A stretch of 64,000 nucleotides of DNA from an uncultured virus (IMG/VR IMGVR_UViG_3300031918_000015) (Duplodnaviria; Heunggongvirae; Uroviricota; Caudoviricetes), in IMG/VR virus record IMGVR_UViG_3300031918_000015, positions 1-64,000 of that record; one strand, 5' to 3'. A program made the translations under genes and the position numbers. Below are positions 10,816 through 21,527 of this stretch, in pieces (position 1 is the first letter of the stretch; every line of letters starts with the position of its first letter). The notes beneath the pieces were generated by a model that saw only the letters and a program-made list of their open reading frames with translations, ran no database searches and was not told the DNA's origin.

Positions 10816-11430
10816 TTACTTTGTTAATTTTGGTTTTTGAACTTTCGCTTTTGGTTCTATTATTTCTTCGCTAATAATTTCCTTATTTTCTGGAACTACT
10901 GCTATTTCAATATTTTCTTCTTTTATTGGTATATATATTTTACTTTTTGGGATTGGTAAAGTACTTTTTGTAATCTTATGATTTAATTCATATTCTCTAC
11001 CGTCTATATATTCTCTTACTCTATTACTTATATCATATTCATTATCATTAGTAAGTTTAACTAACATTCTTCTAAAATTATCTATAGTATCTTTACTTGT
11101 TATATGTACTATTTTTATCATTTTTTCATCGTTAGGGTCTAGTATTATATCTTCAATCATTTTTCTAGTGAAATAGTTATCGTTATTTATATCTATTCTT
11201 AATTCTTTAAATAACCCTTCTTTTACATCCTCAGCAAATTCTAAAGTACCATTTCTGAATGCTTCTGATTTTTGATTTATTGATCTTATATCATTAAATG
11301 TTACAAAGTCAAACCCTGCTTCATTCTCTGTTTGACCACTAATCTTATATCCTAATCCATCCATACTAGGTAAATATTTAGGATAATCATAATAATTCAA
11401 TACTTCAAATTCTTCTTTTTTATTAATCAT
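10816..11430 (-). CDS. Conserved phage protein downstream of capsid
   Basis: ORF with AAGGAG RBS in the SPbeta-like position after the capsid gene. Confidence 0.55.
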   Translation of the reverse strand: MINKKEEFEVLNYYDYPKYLPSMDGLGYKISGQTENEAGFDFVTFNDIRSINQKSEAFRNGTLEFAEDVKEGLFKELRIDINNDNYFTRKMIEDIILDPNDEKMIKIVHITSKDTIDNFRRMLVKLTNDNEYDISNRVREYIDGREYELNHKITKSTLPIPKSKIYIPIKEENIEIAVVPENKEIISEEIIEPKAKVQKPKLTK

Positions 11431-11491
11431 TGTATATCTCTCCTTAAATTTAAAGGGAAGAATAATTCCTCCCTTTTTTTATTTTAATTTA

Positions 11492-12487
11492 TTATTTTAC
11501 TTTAATTTTTGAAACTTTTTCTAATTTATCTATTGCATAAATGAATTCATATCCAGTAAATTTCAATCTGATTACTTCTTTAGCATTGTCTGGAGTTTGT
11601 AGGACTCTTAAAGATCCTCTCATATCACATTGACCAATTTTGTCTGAGAAACCATAGATTGTTTTTGCTGGAATTAAAGTGCTTCCATCTGCAAGTAATT
11701 TACCAGCAGAAATAGAAGCTAATGGAACACTGTTATATACACTAAGTACACCAGAACCCATGTTTAAAGCATCCTTCATAGTATAAGATAAGAAGTCTGT
11801 ATATCCTGGCATATTCTTGATATCTCTTAAATCAGTTGACAAACCAGTAATTAATTGTTGACCTGTAAATGAATGGTCTGTTACATAACCTGCAAAATCA
11901 TCCATTAATTGAACTGTTAATCCACCAGTTGCATCAAATACATTTGAACCTGATACTAACAATGTATTAAGGTTAGTAAATATTGATTGGAACTTTTTAT
12001 TTTGTAATGATTCAATTGCATAAAGAGTTAATTGTGCAATTGTCATAGCACCATTTCTTCTTAGTTCATCATATCTTAATTCAGTTTCTATTTGTAAGTT
12101 TGTATGTACCATTGAATATCTACTGAAATCTACATAAGACTTATCAACAGAACCGCCTCTTTCAGAAACTTCATGTGCTAATAGATTATTTTTATAAGTT
12201 CCGATTGAATTATAATCATCAAATTCTCCAATTGAACCTTGATTAAACATTGTATCTAATAATTGTGATGGTTCATCATAAATTTGTTCTTGAACAACTC
12301 TTTGTAGATAATCAGATAATGCTACATTAGTTGTTCCACTATTTGCAATTTCTAATGCCCACTTATTCATTGATTCGGAAATTATAATTTGGTCTGGTGA
12401 AAGTTCCTTTTTCCCTACTACTTTTTCTGCCCATTCATACATAGTACCTCTTTCTTTTACGTGATTACTTAATTCTATATTCATCAT
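11492..12487 (-). CDS. Major capsid protein
   Basis: 331 aa, follows protease/scaffold and decoration genes; strong RBS and downstream terminator. Confidence 0.75.
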   Translation of the reverse strand: MMNIELSNHVKERGTMYEWAEKVVGKKELSPDQIIISESMNKWALEIANSGTTNVALSDYLQRVVQEQIYDEPSQLLDTMFNQGSIGEFDDYNSIGTYKNNLLAHEVSERGGSVDKSYVDFSRYSMVHTNLQIETELRYDELRRNGAMTIAQLTLYAIESLQNKKFQSIFTNLNTLLVSGSNVFDATGGLTVQLMDDFAGYVTDHSFTGQQLITGLSTDLRDIKNMPGYTDFLSYTMKDALNMGSGVLSVYNSVPLASISAGKLLADGSTLIPAKTIYGFSDKIGQCDMRGSLRVLQTPDNAKEVIRLKFTGYEFIYAIDKLEKVSKIKVK

Positions 12488-12542
12488 TATTTCCTCGCTT
12501 TCATAATTTTAATTTATTTTTGTTAATATTGTTTTTAATTTA

Positions 12543-13004
12543 TTAAGCTAATTTTACTGTAGCATCTATTTCAAATCCAGCTAATGTATGTCCGTTATCT
12601 GGAATTAATCCTAGAAATTTAATTATTGTAACTGCATTTAAAGGTGAAGCTACTAATTTACCAGCAGTTATAGTTAAATAACTACCAATTGCCAATACTG
12701 AATTTACTGTTGAATCGTACATTGATGTTGCCCATCTACCTTCTAAATCATTTAAATATCCTCTTTCACCAGCTAAAATTGTATCTTGATCGGCGTCATA
12801 AGGTGATATTGCAAAATTTTGTGCAACTGATACTGTTAATTTAGTTCCTCTATCTACGATTTTAACGCCTGCGATACCTGTTGCAAGTGCTAATGTTTTT
12901 GTTGCTTCATCAGCAGTAACAAAAGACCCCCTTACCATATCAACTGAAGCTTTATTTTGACCATTACTTGCACCATTTCCGTTTGTTTGTAAATTTCTTA
13001 ACAT
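12543..13004 (-). CDS. Capsid decoration/cement protein
   Basis: 153 aa, Gly/Ala/Thr-rich, between scaffold and capsid; same leader as the capsid gene. Confidence 0.6.
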   Translation of the reverse strand: MLRNLQTNGNGASNGQNKASVDMVRGSFVTADEATKTLALATGIAGVKIVDRGTKLTVSVAQNFAISPYDADQDTILAGERGYLNDLEGRWATSMYDSTVNSVLAIGSYLTITAGKLVASPLNAVTIIKFLGLIPDNGHTLAGFEIDATVKLA

Positions 13005-13094
13005 AATTTATTTCCTCGCTTTCATAATTTTAATTTTTTAATATTATTTTTTACAATAAAAAAGAAGCTATATCTCAAACCTCTTAGTTTTAAC

Positions 13095-14726
13095 TTATTT
13101 CCAATTCATTTCTGAAAAGTTAAGTTCATTACTATCATCATTTACTGAACTTAAAACAACCTCAACTTTTTGTTCTTTTACTATTTCTGAAACTTCAACT
13201 TGTGGTTTTCCAGCTTTTGCTTTTGCAATTACCTTTTGAGCTATAAATATTTCTATTTTAGAATTATCCATAGTATCAATAGCTTCTTTTACTTCTGCAA
13301 TTTCCAAATCTTTTTCAGAAATTAATTTAGTTCCTAAATATTCATTTTTAAATGCTTCTTTCTTTTCAGCTATTTCTAAAGCTTCTTTTTCTGCATTTAT
13401 TTTATCTAATTCTTCTTTAAAAGGTTTTAATTCAGAAAGTTCCAATTCTTTAGTTTGAAGTAATTCATCTTTTTCAGCAATTACAGTTTCCTTTTCGGAA
13501 ATATTTTTACCTAGATCTACTATAGAACTAATCTTTGAAGATAATTCAGTTTTTTGTGTTTCTATTGTTTTTTTTAACTCTGACATTTCTTCATCCTTTT
13601 TCTTACATGTTGAGTTAGCTTCATCTAATTCCTTAGTTGCTTTCTCTTTAGCTAGTGTTGATTCACAACATTGCATATTATATGTTGATTGTGGCATAAA
13701 TACCATAGCAACACATGTGCCATCACCTAAAGTAACTGTTCCATCTTCATTAATTGTATATGAAATTTGAATATAATTTTCTTCCAAATCACCATATTGA
13801 TGAATTAATATCTCTTGTTCTACTGGATGAATTATTACTGTATCTGGGTCATATTCACTATCCCATAATGCATTATAAATAGCTTGATAAACATCCCCAA
13901 TAGTTAAAGATGAATTTTCTATTTGTTTACTTTTCTTTTTATTTGCCATTTTTTTATTTCCTCCTTCATTACATTGCGAATTTTCATTGTTTAATTTATT
14001 ATCAACTGAATTTTCGTCAGTTTGATTACTTATAATTGTATTAGTAAATTGTTCTATATTAGGTTCGTTAATTTTATTAGCCACTTCTATTTTGTTATTA
14101 TCTTCAATGATTGCATTAGATAATTGGATTTCTTGGTCTTCTTCTGCTACTTCAAGCAATCCAGCATCGCCATAAGCAGGACAAATATTACTTCCCAATA
14201 AACAATTTGAAAGCCAATTTAAACCCTTTATCCATTTAATACCTTCATCCATATAATATTCTGAGTATGCAATTTCCCAACTTGTATGTAAGGATTCTCC
14301 TAATCTATTAATTACTGAAATAACATTTTCATATCTAGCCCAAATTGTAGCTATAGCAACAATACACCTTTTAGTTATTCCATCAATTTCAATATTTTCT
14401 ACTGAAACTTCTGTATGATAACCAACCGATTGAGTATCAAAAACATATTTTTTAACTAAATTTCCATTTTCGTCTTTTACATATGTTAGTTTTGCCTCAT
14501 GACTGCCAAAATCCAATGTTCCATTTCTATCAATTACTTTGCATTGAACTGGTCTTGTAGCTAGTCCTAATAATTCATCTTGTGATAAGTCAGATTCACG
14601 AAGTCCTACTCCGTTTAAATTTGATTCATCAAGTGGACATATTAAAAATTTACCTATTAAATCCCCGTTGTCATTTGAGGAAAGTGCTAATAATTCTCCA
14701 TTTAAAATCAATTTATTATCTTCCAT
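13095..14726 (-). CDS. Prohead protease fused to coiled-coil scaffold
   Basis: N-terminal protease-like region (FGSHE, TSWEI, NCLLG...PAY) plus long E/K coiled coil. Confidence 0.7.
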   Translation of the reverse strand: MEDNKLILNGELLALSSNDNGDLIGKFLICPLDESNLNGVGLRESDLSQDELLGLATRPVQCKVIDRNGTLDFGSHEAKLTYVKDENGNLVKKYVFDTQSVGYHTEVSVENIEIDGITKRCIVAIATIWARYENVISVINRLGESLHTSWEIAYSEYYMDEGIKWIKGLNWLSNCLLGSNICPAYGDAGLLEVAEEDQEIQLSNAIIEDNNKIEVANKINEPNIEQFTNTIISNQTDENSVDNKLNNENSQCNEGGNKKMANKKKSKQIENSSLTIGDVYQAIYNALWDSEYDPDTVIIHPVEQEILIHQYGDLEENYIQISYTINEDGTVTLGDGTCVAMVFMPQSTYNMQCCESTLAKEKATKELDEANSTCKKKDEEMSELKKTIETQKTELSSKISSIVDLGKNISEKETVIAEKDELLQTKELELSELKPFKEELDKINAEKEALEIAEKKEAFKNEYLGTKLISEKDLEIAEVKEAIDTMDNSKIEIFIAQKVIAKAKAGKPQVEVSEIVKEQKVEVVLSSVNDDSNELNFSEMNWK

Positions 14727-14762
14727 TTATTCTCCTCACCTCCCTTCAAATATATTTATTTA

Positions 14763-16466
14763 TTATAATTGACCATCTTTTAATGCTTTATCATTTGCAT
14801 TTTTATCTAGGTTGGTATTTTTAATTGAACCATTTGTATTAGTTGTTGTGTCTATAGTATTAGTACCAGTTATATCACCCTTTTCACTATCGCTTGAAGT
14901 ATATGAAGTAATATGTGGGCTAAAGACATTTTCTATATCATCAGCGTTTTCAGCTTTTCGTCTTTCGACCTCAGTATTATAATCCATACCTAACATCTCA
15001 AAGATAGTAGAATAAGACATACCCATTTTTGAAAATAAAATTTCAACTAACTTCAGTTTTGCATCATCTGATAATAGTTCAGATTTTTCAATATTAATTA
15101 CTGGGATATAGTTAGAATCGATTCCATTCTCTTGACAAATAACTTTAATATATTTATTTAATGTATTCTCAAACTGATAAACTACTTTATTAACTGTTTT
15201 TAATAATTCATCAACTGAAACTTGCACAGTATTAAAAGATGACTTAGCTTCATTACTTAAAAATGATATTCCTAAACTATTTAATACTTGATTTTTATAT
15301 CTTGCTATAACTTCTTGACTAACTAATTCAGCTTTAGGTTCTATTATTTGTAAATCCTCAATATAAGCAGGAGATGTGTATATTACAATCTTTTGACTCA
15401 TAGCTTTAACTAATTCATCTTGAGCAAATTTCAATTCTGCAAAGTTTTTTGTTTTATCACCATTAGTTCCTAATATTTCTTTTCTAGTCTTTTGATAGAA
15501 TATCTTCTTTGACCTAGCTAGTATATTTTCCCTATCTATATTATCTATAGTTTCAAGCATAAGTAACGCATTTAAAGCCTTAAATATAGGTGACACTCCA
15601 TATATACCATCTAACTCATTTATTCTATGTATGCCAGTTCTTTGAGGATTTAATATTGCCCATTTATAATTATTGATATATGCGTCATATACTTCTGGTG
15701 GATAATTTTTTTGTATTTCATCTTCTATTTTATCTGAAAAATTAATAAAGCTAGATTTTATTGTCTTATATTTCGATTGAGTAGTTGCTAACGAACTTCT
15801 TAATTTTATCATATCCATATATATAACAGGTTCTCCATCAATGGTATAATCAGTAAAATCAACTAATCCTAATGGATATGTAGATATTCCGTATGTACCA
15901 TCATTATTACTTCTCAAATAAGTAAAATATGTTCCTTGCGTAAATGTTGACATTCCTTCTTTTCTTATTTGAAGTTTTAAATCTACATTGTCAATGAAAT
16001 TACTCAATATAGTATCAACTTTATCTTTTAATTTATTTTTCTTTTTTACATTATCAGGTAATTTAGGATACGATATCTTATAATTTGTATTTACATTATT
16101 TTCTATAGTTCCAATAACAATACCAACTAAATCATTTTTATTAGCATAATACTTAATCAAACTATTTATTTTCAATACTTTGTCAATATTATTTTGTGTC
16201 CCTCGTGCTAACATATTTAAATCTTCTATTGATGTACTATAGCAATGATTTTCATTTTGAACTATCTTATTTATTAGATGTTGATTTGTACTAAAATTAT
16301 AAGATGCTTGTTCAAAATCTAATTCATCACCAGTTTTTACATGAGTTGATGCAAACGCAGTATATTCTTTATTTTCATTTGGAACTAGAGTTATTGGTTG
16401 TGAAGCATCTAATATTTCATTCGCTACTTCTACTGAAATTATTGTCTTTTCTTTCTTTGTAGGCAA
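14763..16466 (-). CDS. Portal protein
   Basis: 567 aa between TerL and protease; YGVSPIFKAL portal-type motif. Confidence 0.8.
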   Translation of the reverse strand: MPTKKEKTIISVEVANEILDASQPITLVPNENKEYTAFASTHVKTGDELDFEQASYNFSTNQHLINKIVQNENHCYSTSIEDLNMLARGTQNNIDKVLKINSLIKYYANKNDLVGIVIGTIENNVNTNYKISYPKLPDNVKKKNKLKDKVDTILSNFIDNVDLKLQIRKEGMSTFTQGTYFTYLRSNNDGTYGISTYPLGLVDFTDYTIDGEPVIYMDMIKLRSSLATTQSKYKTIKSSFINFSDKIEDEIQKNYPPEVYDAYINNYKWAILNPQRTGIHRINELDGIYGVSPIFKALNALLMLETIDNIDRENILARSKKIFYQKTRKEILGTNGDKTKNFAELKFAQDELVKAMSQKIVIYTSPAYIEDLQIIEPKAELVSQEVIARYKNQVLNSLGISFLSNEAKSSFNTVQVSVDELLKTVNKVVYQFENTLNKYIKVICQENGIDSNYIPVINIEKSELLSDDAKLKLVEILFSKMGMSYSTIFEMLGMDYNTEVERRKAENADDIENVFSPHITSYTSSDSEKGDITGTNTIDTTTNTNGSIKNTNLDKNANDKALKDGQL

Positions 16467-16536
16467 ATCGCTTTCACCTCCTTTTTATTTTTTATTTTAA
16501 TTTGTTTAGATGTTAGTGTCGTTTTATTAATTAGTT

Positions 16537-18327
16537 TTAGAACGTGTATGAGGTTACAAATGATGGGGCGTCTGACCAAGATTCTTCACTATCTTTTTCT
16601 TGTAAATCCAATTCCCATTGTTTGATTAAATAATTTCCCATTGCTAATGAAATATATCTATCTTTTGTTGCTGAGGCTGTAGGTTCTTCAAGTGCTAAAC
16701 AACCTTTACTTATAGTTTGATTTAAACCTACCATTTCATTTATCAATAAATCTGTTTGTACATAAACAAGTTCATATAATACTTGTTGTTCAAGTCCAAT
16801 ATCTTTTTTATTATAAAATGGTTTAGTATCTAAATAGTCTCTCGCTTGAACAGCATTAATTAATAGTTTTAATTTCTTCCTATCTAATGCATCTTTCATA
16901 GCATAATGCATTTGTTCATTAATTTTTGATTGACCTTTATAACTAAATAATACAGGCAAAGCATCTTTATTTTTAATTCTTTTAGCAACATCTTCATCAT
17001 TAAAGCATTTAAATGGAGGGTATTCTTTATCTCTTTCTTCTGAATAAGTTATTTTACCTAATTCATCTGCTATTGATAATCCTGCATTCTGAGTATCTAA
17101 TACTAATATATCTGCATCAAAATCATAAAATATTTCTTTGATTCTTGTTGCTTGTACTGTTGTATTATCTCCTTTGAAAGCTTCAATATATGGTATTTGT
17201 CTTTCATAGATATCTCCGCTCGGCAAAGCTCTAATACAGGTTATAACTGTATTATCATTTTTATCATTATTAACCATAGCTATATCAACCGAAATTAATC
17301 TTTTTTCACCATTTTGTTTAGGTATGTCATGTGGATTTTTCTTCTTTTCTAATACGTCTTGAGTAGTTCTTGGATAAAAGGCTTTTTTCATACTTTGTGC
17401 ATTATTCATTAAATCAAACGAATAGAAAGCATCTTCTCCTTGACCAACCATTGTGTTTTCATACTCCATTGCATACGCAACCGTTCCTAATTTTTTCTTT
17501 TCTTTAATTAATTGTTTTCTTGTACGTATATTATGTTTTAATGTAATAGAATAATCAAATGCTAAAAAGAGAGCTTCTGATTTTTTATACATATCAGTTA
17601 CTGATAATTTTATCATTTTAGACATCCAATGTTGTGCAAAATATGCTGAACTTATATATATTTCAGTAGGTTCTTCTTTTAAATGTTCATATTCTGGATT
17701 ATTCAAATATGGTACTTGACGTATAATTAAAAATGGTGATAATACAAAATCTATAATATCTTTTTTAATCATCCGAAATTCTTCATATACCAAGCAAGTA
17801 GCCCTGTATCCTCTCGCATTATCTGTTGCAGGAACAACAACTATTGAACTTCCATTAACAAACATTACCTCAGTTTCATTACCACTTGTTTTAATTTGTT
17901 TAATTTCCCTCCTTAAATTAGGAGACTTTGGCATTAATTCTTTAACTATTTTTTCAGTTACAATTAAAGATGCTTGTTTTTTTGTGGCTGATGCTATAAC
18001 AATTAATGAATTTGGATAAAGTATCGCTTTTATACATGCAAAAATAGCTATAATATATGATTTTGCAGAAGCTCTACATGCAACTATTACTACTAATGGG
18101 CATATATTCATTAGGTATAATGCTATAGCTTGATATAAATGTAAATCTAGTTGTAAATAATGTTGAACAGCTCTATGTAAATTACGTCTATAGAATGTAA
18201 TCCAATCTATTAGCCTTTCTGTATAATCAAAAGTTTTTTCTTGTTTCTTTTCTTGTTGTCTAGGTTTTTCATGTATATTGGTTTTTTTTGCATTATTTTG
18301 TCTTGCTGTTTTAAAGTTGTTAGCCAT
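16537..18327 (-). CDS. terL: Terminase large subunit
   Basis: Walker A variant CRASAKS, ARGYRA, Walker B LVYEE, ISSA; nuclease residues ISVDIA...ND and KDRY. Confidence 0.9.
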   Translation of the reverse strand: MANNFKTARQNNAKKTNIHEKPRQQEKKQEKTFDYTERLIDWITFYRRNLHRAVQHYLQLDLHLYQAIALYLMNICPLVVIVACRASAKSYIIAIFACIKAILYPNSLIVIASATKKQASLIVTEKIVKELMPKSPNLRREIKQIKTSGNETEVMFVNGSSIVVVPATDNARGYRATCLVYEEFRMIKKDIIDFVLSPFLIIRQVPYLNNPEYEHLKEEPTEIYISSAYFAQHWMSKMIKLSVTDMYKKSEALFLAFDYSITLKHNIRTRKQLIKEKKKLGTVAYAMEYENTMVGQGEDAFYSFDLMNNAQSMKKAFYPRTTQDVLEKKKNPHDIPKQNGEKRLISVDIAMVNNDKNDNTVITCIRALPSGDIYERQIPYIEAFKGDNTTVQATRIKEIFYDFDADILVLDTQNAGLSIADELGKITYSEERDKEYPPFKCFNDEDVAKRIKNKDALPVLFSYKGQSKINEQMHYAMKDALDRKKLKLLINAVQARDYLDTKPFYNKKDIGLEQQVLYELVYVQTDLLINEMVGLNQTISKGCLALEEPTASATKDRYISLAMGNYLIKQWELDLQEKDSEESWSDAPSFVTSYTF

Positions 18328-18329
18328 TA

Positions 18330-19220
18330 TTAATCTTCACCACCAACTTTGAAGTCATCTTCTATTGAGAACTCTCCATCATATTCTTTAGTTTTCATTA
18401 ATAAATTTTTAATAGGTCTGAATACAAACCTATTTAAGTAATCAATTAAACTATCATAGTCTTTATATAATTTTTTGTCTGCAAAATATTCTGCTGGTCT
18501 ATACTTTTCAATGTCTTTAGTCCAAACTCCAAGTCCTTTTGTATTTTCATCGTCCATTGAAGCATTAGCATCTCTAGGAGTAACATTACCTGCTGACATT
18601 AATTTAAGATAAGTTTCTTCTAATTTATCAGTATTACTATTCTTCTCAACTGCTTTCATTATTTGAAATTCTTTGATAGCAAGAAGTTTAAAAGTTTTTT
18701 GTTCTGATAATGTGTCACTCTTATATTTTCCAACCCATTCATTATATGTGTTTTCTAGCCATATATAATCATCATCATTATATCCATTGCCCCACTTAAT
18801 GAGTATATCTTTACTAAGTCCTCGTTCTTCATTTGAGTCTTCTATCTGTGCCACAACATTTACATCATCACTAGAATCGAAATCGTCCCCAGCACCATTT
18901 TTCCCACCAAGACTATTTAACTTGGTCATATATATTTGCCATACATTTGTTGTTTTCCCGTTCTGAATTTCTTGTAAAACAGCATTATAACTACCTAGAT
19001 TAAAGCATATACTTACTGCTCTACACATGTAATATAAAGCTAATTTATAATCTTGATACTTGCTATAATACTTATCGTATAAATCTCCTAAACATGTTTT
19101 ACAAATAGGTAAATGAGAATTGGCTTTATATATAAATGATTTACTTATATAAAAGTTTCTCTCACTAGATTCTTGTCCACAACAAGTACATGTTAATTTA
19201 TTTTTTACTGCATTTGCCAT
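18330..19220 (-). CDS. Probable terminase small subunit with N-terminal Zn finger
   Basis: CTCC...CKTC motifs; immediately upstream of terL. Confidence 0.6.
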   Translation of the reverse strand: MANAVKNKLTCTCCGQESSERNFYISKSFIYKANSHLPICKTCLGDLYDKYYSKYQDYKLALYYMCRAVSICFNLGSYNAVLQEIQNGKTTNVWQIYMTKLNSLGGKNGAGDDFDSSDDVNVVAQIEDSNEERGLSKDILIKWGNGYNDDDYIWLENTYNEWVGKYKSDTLSEQKTFKLLAIKEFQIMKAVEKNSNTDKLEETYLKLMSAGNVTPRDANASMDDENTKGLGVWTKDIEKYRPAEYFADKKLYKDYDSLIDYLNRFVFRPIKNLLMKTKEYDGEFSIEDDFKVGGED

Positions 19221-19271
19221 TTTCTCATTTCTCCTTTGATTGATTTTTTACATAATAAAAAAGCCACTAAA

Positions 19272-19838
19272 TTAATTAGCGACTTTTAAATCTTTATCTG
19301 TTTTACTTTCAATATATTCTTCTAACTGTTCTTTATTATTGTGCAACGTTCCGTAAGTATTATGAAAACTTCCTTCTTGATTTGGATTATGACATTGCTT
19401 ACATAAAGTCATTCCATTTTCAACATCAAATCTTTTATCTTCATAGTCTGCAAAATTATCTATGTGATGAGCTTCATTATTATGTGTTTTCTCACCACAA
19501 CATTGACAAGTATAATTATCTCTTTCAAAAACTTGTTTTCTCCAATTTTTATATTCCTCAGTATTCATTATTCTGCTTTTTTCTGAAGTAATCCCACCTT
19601 GCCAATTAGGATTAAGATTACCATATCTTTTAGATTCATACATTGGATTATTTCTTCCTTTAAAAATTCCATCTATTTTTCTAATATTAGATATCTTAAT
19701 TCTGCCCTCACAACTCATAATTCTACATCTATTAAAAGTCTCTTTATTTTTCTTTAATCCTAATTTCGAAGATTTATCTGTTAGATGTTTTATTTTTCTA
19801 TTTGGAAAATATTCTTTAATAATATCTTCATTTATCAT
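19272..19838 (-). CDS. HNH endonuclease (C-terminal half of a frameshift-split gene)
   Basis: NPNWQGG; VFERDNYTCQCCG...AHHI...NGMTLCKQCH. Confidence 0.85.
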   Translation of the reverse strand: MINEDIIKEYFPNRKIKHLTDKSSKLGLKKNKETFNRCRIMSCEGRIKISNIRKIDGIFKGRNNPMYESKRYGNLNPNWQGGITSEKSRIMNTEEYKNWRKQVFERDNYTCQCCGEKTHNNEAHHIDNFADYEDKRFDVENGMTLCKQCHNPNQEGSFHNTYGTLHNNKEQLEEYIESKTDKDLKVAN

Positions 19839-20233
19839 ATTGGAATAAACTTTTTTAATAACTCCACATCTTTATCTGTCCAATCAATCGCATTTGAAAT
19901 CTCAAAGTTCTCACCTTTACATTCCTTGCAAATATTTCTAAACCCATCTGTACACGTATTGTCTTTTGGAAAATATTTTAATTCCAAAGGTAAATATCTT
20001 CTACAACACTTACATAATTTATATTTTATTCCACCTTCTATTTTATATAATTCATCGTTTGAAATATTTTCATAGTCGTTTTGTTTTTTAACTCCCATAT
20101 CATTAGCCTTATGTCTTATTCCCTTCCAAGTCCTATTATTAAATTTATTCATTAATTCTTCTTTCGATAAATATATGTAATTTTCTTTTAAAAATTCTTC
20201 ATCTTCTATTGTCCAAAATTGACCTTTCCCCAT
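19835..20233 (-). CDS. N-terminal half of the HNH gene (Myb/SANT-like WT repeats plus Zn finger)
   Basis: WTIEDEEFLKENY...RTWKGIRHKA repeat; CKCC/CKEC; second repeat broken at A_AAA_AAG; start re-set to MGKG (GGAGGT RBS). Confidence 0.7.
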   Translation of the reverse strand: MGKGQFWTIEDEEFLKENYIYLSKEELMNKFNNRTWKGIRHKANDMGVKKQNDYENISNDELYKIEGGIKYKLCKCCRRYLPLELKYFPKDNTCTDGFRNICKECKGENFEISNAIDWTDKDVELLKKFIPI

Positions 20234-20515
20234 AATATTTATTACCTCCGATTGCATTTAATTTATTCCGATTTATTATTTAGAATATAGGAAATGAGTT
20301 TCGGAACACTCACTTATTAATAAGACTCATGACTTTCTTATCTATCCTATATCACAATTATACTCCATAGAGTATTCACTGTCAATATTTTAATTTTAAT
20401 TTATTTATCTTTAGCAACTTACCAAAAAAATAAGTTCCATTAAAATAAATAACATATAAATATCAAAAAACAACTAAGTAAACCTAAATCTACTTAGTCA
20501 AATAATCCAATTTAC

Positions 20516-20812
20516 CTATACTGTGGTAGTTGTATTAGCCACACTAACATTATATTTACCAGCCTTTAACTCTTCAATTAAAGAATTCAAACTATTAACA
20601 ACCTCAGCAATATCAGTAGTTTTAGCATATCCACTTAAATCAACCACAGGTATTAAAGCTTTTACTTCTTCTATTTTACTATCTATATAAGTATTATCTG
20701 TTACTCCTGTACTAGAAACTCCAGATAAAGATTTCACCTTTTCTTTTAATTCTGAAAAGGCTTCATCTAAAATAGAACCATCGGTTAATTGTATTCCATT
20801 TGCTAATTTCAT
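20516..20812 (-). CDS. Hypothetical protein
   Basis: 98-aa ORF with AAGGAGG RBS. Confidence 0.65.
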   Translation of the reverse strand: MKLANGIQLTDGSILDEAFSELKEKVKSLSGVSSTGVTDNTYIDSKIEEVKALIPVVDLSGYAKTTDIAEVVNSLNSLIEELKAGKYNVSVANTTTTV

Positions 20813-20934
20813 ATTATATTTTCCTCCTTGATATTTTTAATTTATTTAAAATTCTATAGATTCACTTTTTGTTTTAAAATACCTCCTTAAGTTGCTTTAA
20901 AACTACTCTTTTATTCGATTATTATTCTATTAAT

Positions 20935-21525
20935 TTATTCTTCTTCACAATAAAATCCGTCTTGAAATCCAATCTCATAAGCTTCTCTTACAATATCTTT
21001 AATTTCACAATGTGGACAAAAATCTTCATCCTCCATATTCTCATTTAAACTTTCAATTAAATCTTGTGTTAATTCCTCATACAAATCATCTAACTCATCT
21101 TCTTCATCGGAATATTCCTTTTCAGTTAAAGTTACTATTGGGCAATCAATGTATTCTTTTAATTCATCAGAATCAATTAAATCTTCTTCAATAAATACTA
21201 CATCTTGACCTTCAATGATTTTTAAATTATCATAACCATAAGCACTTTCTAAACTATAATGTTCTTTATTGTCCCAATATGATTTAGAAATTAGTAATAT
21301 ATCAGTATTGTACAACTCTTCAAATTCCTTAAAACTGAATGTATCATATTCATTAAATTTATAACCTAAAGTTTCCATTCTTTCTATCAATTCTAAAGCT
21401 TTTTCATTTGAAAGTATAAAACTAATATTATCAAAATCCTTTAACACTTTCATTAATGCATCTAAATAATCCTCATATACTTTTTCTACATTTATCTTTT
21501 CATTATTCATTATTCTATTCTCCAA
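20935..21525 (-). CDS. Very acidic hypothetical protein with CPHC motif
   Basis: D/E-rich ORF within the operon. Confidence 0.65.
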   Translation of the reverse strand: MENRIMNNEKINVEKVYEDYLDALMKVLKDFDNISFILSNEKALELIERMETLGYKFNEYDTFSFKEFEELYNTDILLISKSYWDNKEHYSLESAYGYDNLKIIEGQDVVFIEEDLIDSDELKEYIDCPIVTLTEKEYSDEEDELDDLYEELTQDLIESLNENMEDEDFCPHCEIKDIVREAYEIGFQDGFYCEEE

Positions 21526-21527
21526 TC

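Noticed and set aside
16537..18327. Non-canonical Walker A (RASAKS) as a sign of an inactive terminase
   Set aside because: All other ATPase and nuclease motifs are intact and deviant P-loops are common in terminases
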